A stretch of DNA of 59,025 nucleotides, counting the filler, from Piptocephalis cylindrospora (Eukaryota), in NCBI GenBank assembly GCA_003614145.1. It is 4 parts of 4 records of this genome, joined end to end, with 100 filler letters (N's around TTAATTAATTAA, not from the genome) between each part and the next. Parts side by side here need not be neighbours in the genome. Positions count along the whole stretch, not along the records: positions 44,423 to 59,025 come from KZ987916.1; 3 more parts are not named here. One strand, given 5' to 3'. Below, in pieces: positions 51,441-59,025 of the stretch. The notes below the pieces were generated by a model, which saw only the letters and a list, made by a program, of their open reading frames with translations, was not told the origin of the DNA and ran no database searches. Position 1 is the stretch's first letter; every line of letters begins with the position of its first letter. The position numbers and the translations under genes are program-made.

Positions 51441-53208
51441 ATGTTCTTTCACGCTAACCGATCCCTGCTGCAAGCACAGGCCACCGCGCGCCTCACCAAT
51501 CTTTCCCGCCACTTTTCCATGGTAAGTTTCCAAAAGCAACACGGACGTGCACCTCTTTCTCTCTTATTCGTACATGCCCTTACCTCACTCATCCCGCCTT
51601 GACATATGGTGTAGTCTCCCAGCACGATGAGCACCCCAGCAACATACAAGCAAGTGGTACGCTTCCCTCTTAAATTCTTTGCACGCTCTGTCCATTCATC
51701 TCTACCTCCCCATATAGCCCGATGTCCTTCACCGAAAGGTATACGGAGGGCGGATCTTCACCTTAAACAGGCCAAAATCCATGAATGCCTTGAACATTTC
51801 TATGGTCCGGAACATCTACCCGCAGCTTCAGGTAAGGGGAGCCAAACCATGGGAAGCAATCCCTAAACTCCACCCTCACTCACCCCCTTGATTCCTGCCC
51901 AGGCCTGGTCCAAATCGGATCAATGCAAAGTGGTGATCATCAAAGCAGAGACAGCTCCTCCGGAAAAGAAAACTGCGGCATTCTGCGCCGGAGGTGACGT
52001 AGTCTCCCTCCTGAAGAACGTTCAAGCCCAGAAGACTGCCCAGAGCCTTGACTTTTTCCGGGAGGAATACACCCTCAATCACCTTATCGCCACCATCCAA
52101 AAGCCCTATGTGGCCTTTTTAGACGGAGTGACCAGTACGTCCTACTCCTCTCACCTCCCCATGATTATCCTCACTTTCGTTCACTCATCCCATCCCACTC
52201 TTCTCCATTATAGTGGGAGGCGGTGTTGGTATCAGTATTCACGCCCCCTTCCGTATTGCCACGGAACGTACACTCTTTGCTATGCCCGAGACCAACATTG
52301 GCTTCTTTCCCGATGTAGGAGGCTCCTTCTTCCTCCCACGTCTGGATGGGGCCATGGGCAAGTTCCTCGCTCTGACCGGTGCACGTCTCCGTGGAGCCGA
52401 TGCCGTATACGCCGGAATCGCCACCCACTTTGTCCCCTCAGCCCGTATCCCGGCCTTGGAGGCTAGATTGTGCGAGTTAGAATCGGATGATCGAGAGGTC
52501 GTATCAGCCGCCATCGAGGAGTTCTCCGAGACCCTGCCCAGCACTTATAACCTCGGCGGCTTGGTGCGTGAAAGAATTGACCGTTGCTTCGGTCGCTCCA
52601 CCATCCCCGCTATCGTTGAGGCCCTGGAGAAGGAAGGTGACGAGTGGAGTGAAGATGTCCGTGCCACTCTCCTGAGCATGAGTCCCCTCAGTCTTAAGGT
52701 CACTTTGGAACAGCTACGTCGTGGAGCCAAACTCTCCTTTGCCGACTGCATGAAGATGGAGTTTGGTGTGGCCCAGCGCATGATCCTCCAGGCCGACTTT
52801 CAGGAGGGCGTAGAGAAGACCCTGGTGGAAAAGTCCCGCGCCGCCAAATCTTGGACTCCCCCCACTTTGGAGGAGATCTCGGACTCATGGGTCGTCCAGG
52901 AGTTCTTTGAGAATCCCAAGGCCAAGAGCCTTACCCTCCCCTCCCACACTAATGACCCGGGAGCCTGGCATTCCTACCCCTACGCCTACCCCAATGGCAG
53001 GTGCAACATGCCTAATGAGGCTGAGGTTCGCGATCTCATCCAGGGAACCAGTCGTCGTAGTGGACCTACCTCTTGGTCCAAAGAAGAGTTTCTGGACTTT
53101 ATTGTCGCTGAACGCGATGGCCGGAAGGGTGCTAGGGTTGTAGTCGAGGAAATTCTTAAGCGAAAGGCCGTCCTCGGTGCTGGTGGGTACCTTGGCTGGA
53201 TGAACTAG
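51441..53208 (+). CDS. EHD3: Mitochondrial 3-hydroxyisobutyryl-CoA hydrolase (HIBCH/Ehd3, crotonase family); spliced
   Basis: Mitochondrial presequence; LNRPKSMNAL, AFCAGGD, FFREEYTLN, GGGVGIS, FAMPETNIGFFPDVG, DFQEGV. Confidence 0.93.
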
Positions 53209-54257
53209 ACAGGGTAGTGTCCCCTCTGATAGAGTAGGATGTGTGAGAGACAATTGAACAAAGATATGCATGGAGTGAAACCTTTTCTTTTTTAGAGGAA
53301 ATGATAGCAAGATAACAATGATGGTGCGATGGTTAGGGTTTTTTGTTGATTCCCTCAGGAAAAGATGATGGGGTTTTATGAGCTAATGTTTCAGCACACA
53401 CGCCGCCAAGACGCACCAATCCAGGAGTCCATATCCAGTACATCTCGCCCTATTCTCATCTCATATTTAGGATCTAATGGCCTTTTGCTGAGCGTATCAT
53501 TTTATTAGTGCTTGACCAGCAAAGGATGTTTCATAAAATTGCCTCCTTGAGGTGTAAATACTTTGGCAAGTATGATTAGGACATTATTGATGCGAAAATT
53601 TTTCTTTTACAGACCAATAACATTGAGAGCAGTGACCTGAGTAACTGTCTTTCCCAGAAAGTGGTATCACACGCGGTCCCTGGGTAGAGATAAAGCGATT
53701 CAAAGCTAGACGCATATTCAAATATGAAAACCTGCCGTCGACATACATCCAATTGGAACCAACGATGGATAGAAGACCTGAAGCCGGAGCTTTTAACGGA
53801 GTTTTGCTCTGTCTCTTTCTTGTTACACATCCTTTCTCTAAGCCCATGACAGTATTTCTTAAAGTCATTCAGAAGGGCCCTGATTGTCGGAGCTTGGGAA
53901 ATTTGCTTTTAAACTCCGCTCCTCGCGTTTCCACTCCCAGAAGAGAAAGGGTCGTTATTTCAGTTCATTTCCCTCGAGAGAAGGTCAGATCCACAGGACT
54001 TGGGGTCGGTTAGGTAGCAATAAATAGCGCTTCCACCAGCCGTCCTGATCACCTTTCCCTCCCAATGCCCTCCCATCTCACCTCACCTCGCCCCCCGCCT
54101 CCTCATACACCATCCCTCGCTCCATCACCCCCATCATCAAAACCGATTTTCCCATCCTTCTCGATTACTGCCGGTCAGTAAAACTCCTTCTAAAAAGAAT
54201 TCCGACCCTCCTCCCCTTTTTCTTCCAAAGAAGCCTGCAATCCCCAAGCAAGCAACC

Positions 54258-55382
54258 ATGCGCCCAATCCTCCCTTTCACATGCATCCTTCCTGCCCTTC
54301 TGCTGGTTCAGGTCGTCTATGCTTCCACTGTTCTCCGTCCCCGAGGCTATTCCCAAAATAGTGGTGGATCTTGCTCCGGAGATGAGTTCTTCTGCAAAGA
54401 TAAAGTCACTCTTGGCCGGTGTGTTAACGGCGAGGTCATTCCCTTCCAGTGTGCCGCCGGTACCAAGTGCGAAAAGGCGGCCTGTGTAGCCGACACCAAT
54501 TACGGCAACTCCATCCCCGCTCTAGACACGAGCGATGACACTGGATATTCCCCTGGTGATGCCGGCTTGGGTGATGGATGTGACGATAACGAAGAGGATG
54601 GCGATGATGATGAAGAGGATGGCTATGATGAGGATGGCTATGATGAGAATGACGATGATGAGGATGACAATGGTGATGAAACCTACAGTGCACCTGATGG
54701 GACCGATAAAGCAATTCCTTCCTCTACCCCCGATACATATGACGATCAGAACGAAGGCGAGAGCGATAATGGTAACGGTAGCGGTAGAGGCGATCTCTTG
54801 TGTGATGCTAGTGCCTTCTCCAAGGCTATCGAGGATGCTGGATACTCTAAGCCTTCCATGAAACAATTCAAGGACTTTTCACTTTCGGCCATCAGAGATA
54901 GCGGCATCACCTCGCTAAAGGAACTGGCCATGTTCCTCGCACAGCTCCTACACGAATCAGGAGGCCTCCAGTTCAAGGAAGAGATTGCCTGCAAGGACTC
55001 GGGATGCCCTGGCAGTTACGGCAACACTGGGAATGATCCAGATAAGATGTACTTTGGTCGTGGATACATTCAACTCACTGGACCGGAAAATTATAAATCC
55101 TGCTCCAAAGCTATCTTTGGCGATGACCGCCTAGCTAAGGATCCTACCCTGGTAGCCAAGGATAATTCGATCTCTTGGGCCGTTTCAGCCTGGTACTGGA
55201 AGACCAGGGTCCATAAGAGCGCTTTGACCGGCAAATTTGGCCTCACTACCATGGACATCAATGGAGGTCTAGAGTGCGGACAAGGTCCTCTGGCCAAGCC
55301 TCTCGAGCGATTCAAGATCTACCAGGCTGTCTACAAGGCTTTTGGGCTTCCCGGCAAGCCAGATCCCAGTGGATGTTACTAG
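54258..55382 (+). CDS. Secreted GH19 chitinase: signal peptide, Cys-rich CBM19-like module, Asp/Glu-rich linker, GH19 catalytic domain; intronless
   Basis: Hydrophobic leader; CSGDEFFC..GRCVNG..QCAAGTKC; AMFLAQLLHESGG, YFGRGYIQLT..NY, SAWYW, INGGLEC. Confidence 0.92.
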   Translation: MRPILPFTCILPALLLVQVVYASTVLRPRGYSQNSGGSCSGDEFFCKDKVTLGRCVNGEVIPFQCAAGTKCEKAACVADTNYGNSIPALDTSDDTGYSPGDAGLGDGCDDNEEDGDDDEEDGYDEDGYDENDDDEDDNGDETYSAPDGTDKAIPSSTPDTYDDQNEGESDNGNGSGRGDLLCDASAFSKAIEDAGYSKPSMKQFKDFSLSAIRDSGITSLKELAMFLAQLLHESGGLQFKEEIACKDSGCPGSYGNTGNDPDKMYFGRGYIQLTGPENYKSCSKAIFGDDRLAKDPTLVAKDNSISWAVSAWYWKTRVHKSALTGKFGLTTMDINGGLECGQGPLAKPLERFKIYQAVYKAFGLPGKPDPSGCY

Positions 55383-56437
55383 AATTATGGTCTGAAATCT
55401 ACAGCTCGAGGAAGCTTGGGAGGTGCTCTCTTCCCCACTCATTCTTCTCAGTTTAATACATTAACCTGGGATTGCCGTTTTTTCTAAAAGCATATCATAA
55501 ATGGCAAAGGTAGCACTCGTTCCCACAATGAAAATCCCTTGAGCTATGTTTTTTGTAGTGGAGTGCTCATTGTTATGGTTGCAATGAACATATACAACCA
55601 AGCTTATCTGTCATGAAATAAAGACCTGAATGGTAAAAGGAGCAGGTCTATGCTAGGTTTCACTGAATCTTAGCTTTATGCACATTTCTACAAACCTTTA
55701 CTCCTCCCAGACAACACCACTACCCATCTTTCCCGAGTATCATCGTTCTTAATTGTATCATTAGAAAAATATCTCATCATATTGTTAGGAGTATGGTTAG
55801 CGGGTGGGTATAAGTGAGTAAGGGAGTGAATTTAGATGTAAAGTGGCTCAATCTTCAAAGTGTATTAGGAATGTCAGTCGAAAGTTTAGTATTTTGTAGA
55901 GAATCACCCAGGCGGATGATTATCTATACTTAGGACTATGCTAGGGTATCCTTGTGCTGGCGACTCTTTTTGTTTTGTTCATAAGGAGTCCTTTCTTACT
56001 TTGGCCCTCGTCCTTTGTTTCTGGGTCTTCCCACAGGCATTCCCTTCACGCGGAAGACACAACGACTTCCAAATCGTTACAATATCTATATTTCTGTCCA
56101 AGTAGTTCTGTACCTTTTTATACCTTTCCCTTGACTACAAGGTCTCGCTATGTAAGACCACAGAATTTTATTCGAAAGTATTACTATCATAACGATTGAT
56201 TTGAACTTGACATCCACGGTAGTTGTGCTAAAAGATACGATATCAGACGGGATGAGCGGTGAATGCATGGAAACGTTTCTCATTGTATTTTGCAGTGAGT
56301 TAAGTAAGTGCTCAGTGAATAGTGTCCCATTACAGTTCAAGAGTATACCATAGGAAACCATAGATGCGGATAGGGCGAAATAGAGAAGGGAGACTTTAAA
56401 CGGTATGGCCTGGGTCTGGAGGATCACATAGATGCGA

Positions 56438-56746
56438 TTAAGTGGCGGCGGCAGCAGGAGAAGGAGGCTTAGCAGCAGCAGCTTTAGCTGCCGCCCTACG
56501 AGCTGCCATGGCAGAAAGCTTACGCAATAACTTCACATTAAGCCTTCTGCGGACAAGGTAAGAATTGCCCGAATGGTCATTGGGATAGGAGGTATGATGC
56601 TCAGGGTAGGAGGCATGCTGCTCGGGATAGGAGGCATGCTGCTCGGGATAGGAGGCCTCTTGCCTGTTCTCACCATAAGATGGGGCAGCCATGGAGGAGG
56701 CAGCGGCGAGGAGGCCGAGGAGGATGAGGGTGGTAGGCAGTTGCAT
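56438..56746 (-). CDS. Small secreted prepropeptide, copy 1 (102 aa)
   Basis: Signal peptide MQLPTTLILLGLLAAASSMA-AP; four xSYPxxH heptads; YLVRR; cationic tail; conserved paralogue and TATA box upstream. Confidence 0.85.
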   Translation of the reverse strand: MQLPTTLILLGLLAAASSMAAPSYGENRQEASYPEQHASYPEQHASYPEHHTSYPNDHSGNSYLVRRRLNVKLLRKLSAMAARRAAAKAAAAKPPSPAAAAT

Positions 56747-56861
56747 ATTGACTAGGATGTCGGGTGATAAAGATGGAGATGTAGTATACTAAAGGATTGG
56801 ACAGTGTGTGTGGTGGATGTGCTCAAGGATGGATGGTCTCGATATCCTCCATCCGTGAATC

Positions 56862-56868
56862 TTTTATA
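56862..56868 (-). promoter_or_regulatory. TATA box (TATAAAA) of prepropeptide copy 1
   Basis: About 115 bp upstream of the ATG, inside a block identical in both copies. Confidence 0.6.
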
Positions 56869-57704
56869 CATGTTATCCTCATGCAATGCCCAGGTCAGAA
56901 GCGTACTCTCTCCTTGGACCGAGGCCCATCTTTGATGGTGATGTTGACCCATGGGGGATGACATGTGCTGTTGAGGTGACCTTTTTCAGGCAGGGGATGT
57001 GTCAACACTACAGAGTGGAGCTGCATACGCACTCTCCCATGGGTTGACCGATACCCTCTGGCATACAGCGGGTGTCAAAATCATGAGCCCAGGTTAATCA
57101 TAAAAATACGGCGCTACATCTCAGAATAGCGTTGGGGGCCTGACCATTAAATACAAGATGGTTCAATATTCTAACATTTAAGACTGTCTAGCCGATCTCT
57201 AAAATCATTTTAACAAAATTCTGAATGATTTATTCTCTGTGGAATAATCCTGTGATCAGGGCGCTCCTGGCTCAGGTCATATCTTGTGCGTGTTTTAAAC
57301 TATCTGGTGCTTCCTTGCAAACACACCTACACATCTTACATCCATACCCACCTTCACACTGTAATCCTCCAGGAGAACGGATTCTTCCGATGTGCAGGTA
57401 CTAATTGCCCCCACATCAGCAATATACTAGGAAGTATTACTACCGTGAAGGTTCGTGTAAATTTATGGCATTTACTGCACCTGCGCTAAAAGATACGATA
57501 TAGAACGGGATGAACGATGAATCCATGGAAACGGTTTCCAGTGTATTTTGCAGTGATTTAAGAAAGTGTCCAATGGACAGTGACCGATCACGATTCGGGA
57601 GTGTAACGGAGGAGACTATGAATACGGATGAGGAGACGTAGAGAAAGGATAGTTTAAACGGTATGACCTGAATCTGGAGGACCACAAAGATGTAATTAAG
57701 AAGC

Positions 57705-57989
57705 TTAAGCAGCAGGTTTAGCAGCCTTCGCACGAGCCAACATATTACGAAGAGCAGGATTGTTAGCCACGTTACGCATTGCAGCAGCCATACCAGGGAA
57801 AATAGGAGTCCTGCGGACAAGGTAGGAGTTGTCCGAGTAGTCATTGGGATAGGAAGCATGATTCTCGGGATAGGAATCATGCTCCTCGGGATAGGAAGAC
57901 TCTTGCCTATTCTCACCATAAGATGGGGCAGCCATGGAGGAGGCAGCGGCGAGGAGGCCGAGGAGGACAAGAGTGGTGGGCAGTTGCAT
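57705..57989 (-). CDS. Small secreted prepropeptide, copy 2 (94 aa)
   Basis: Near-identical signal/pro region to copy 1, three heptads, YLVRR, different cationic tail. Confidence 0.85.
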   Translation of the reverse strand: MQLPTTLVLLGLLAAASSMAAPSYGENRQESSYPEEHDSYPENHASYPNDYSDNSYLVRRTPIFPGMAAAMRNVANNPALRNMLARAKAAKPAA

Positions 57990-58106
57990 ATTGGCTAGGA
58001 TAATGAGTGGTAAGGATGGGAATAGGGTATGCTAAAGGATTGGACAAAGTGTGTGGTTGATGGATTCAAGAATGGATTTTGTCTGGATACTCTCCATCCG
58101 TGAATC

Positions 58107-58113
58107 TTTTATA
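58107..58113 (-). promoter_or_regulatory. TATA box (TATAAAA) of prepropeptide copy 2
   Basis: Same position and context as in copy 1. Confidence 0.6.
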
Positions 58114-59025
58114 CATGTTCTTCTCGTGTAATGTCTAAGTCAGAAGTATACTCCTTTCTTGAGCCGAGGCCCATCTTTGATGGTGATGTTGACCCATGAG
58201 GGGATGACATGTGCTGTTAAGGCGGCCTTTTTCAGGCAGGGGATGTGTCAAGGCCACAGGACTGAGAGCTACATACGTATCAACCCATGGGCTGACAAGT
58301 GAATTGTGGCGTCCCAGATCCCACAGCATTGATCATCCTATTGATCTAATGGACGTGACCCTACAGGGGCTTCTAGCCAAGGCATAGCGTATACAAAGCA
58401 GTACACTTTCAAGACAAAGGTCTTCTAGATCCAGAAATAGTAGATCCCAGGCGGCAGCTCTTCAATCTACGACTACCCCTACCCGACATCCTTGGATCCC
58501 CTCTTACCCATGACCATACATGATGTAGAGGGATGAGCTATTCCCTTTCATCGAAAGCGCCTTCCAAGGATTCCTCATTTTCATGACGCAATTCACCCAT
58601 AGATACATTAGGACAATTAGATTCGATTGAGCTCTATCCATGTCCTCGGTGCTAGGACTGGCTATTAGTGTGTATGGGAGGAGAAAGATGATGGAGTTGT
58701 GAGGACCTGGATGCTGAAAGTGAGGAGGAAGGGGAAGATTAGGGACACTGCGGGTGTGAGGTTAGCAATTGGAGTGTGGTCAGATGAAGGAAATGAGAGG
58801 TCGTGTGCGGTTGGATGGTTTGGGCAGAGGAGAGCAAGGGCCCCTATAGGAGGATAGCACGGAGAAGGGTACACTAGTCAGTCCCTAGTTCCTTCTTTTG
58901 TTTTCCCTATCTTGTTTTCCCCCCCTCCATCTCTTGCTTGGATCATTGTGATTGATCGTACTGACGTACATCCATTCACCTATCCATCCATCCGTACGCG
59001 AGAAGAATGAGAAGAGTGAACTTCC

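Larger units (their letters stand above)
56176..58300. repeat. Diverged tandem duplication (about 56176-57060 versus about 57433-58300) covering promoter, prepropeptide gene and 3' flank
   Basis: Shared blocks aagtattacta, ctaaaagatacgata, tttaaacggtatg, ctccatccgtgaatcttttatacatgtt, gaggcccatctttgatggtgatgttgacccatg, ctttttcaggcaggggatgtgtcaa at an offset of about 1.25 kb. Confidence 0.92.

Overview
Compact, intron-rich eukaryotic DNA from a fungus. The gene repertoire (CstF-50, MED28-like, SPATA5L1-like, CM-PDT fusion, GH19 chitinase) points to an early-diverging lineage such as Zoopagomycota or Mucoromycota; this is inference, not a search result. The window is four contigs joined by artificial 100-nt N44-TTAATTAATTAA-N44 spacers, so adjacency across the spacers is not meaningful. 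Housekeeping genes recognised: APN2, CstF-50, a PPR-like protein, MED28-like, eIF6, chorismate mutase/prephenate dehydratase, a Cid1-type terminal nucleotidyltransferase, an MFSD1-like transporter, ERD2, ARG4, RRN7, RPS1, a metallopeptidase-jacalin protein, an AFG2/SPATA5L1-like AAA ATPase, NUR1-like, FAR11/STRIP, BRAP2/ETP1 and EHD3/HIBCH. The right end looks like an accessory secretion locus: a CBM-GH19 chitinase convergent with two tandem-duplicated prepropeptide genes (signal peptide, acidic SYPExH repeat pro-region, YLVRR Kex2-type site, divergent cationic C-terminal peptide). That locus is the best candidate for an undescribed system. Coordinates of spliced genes are hand-derived start-to-stop spans.
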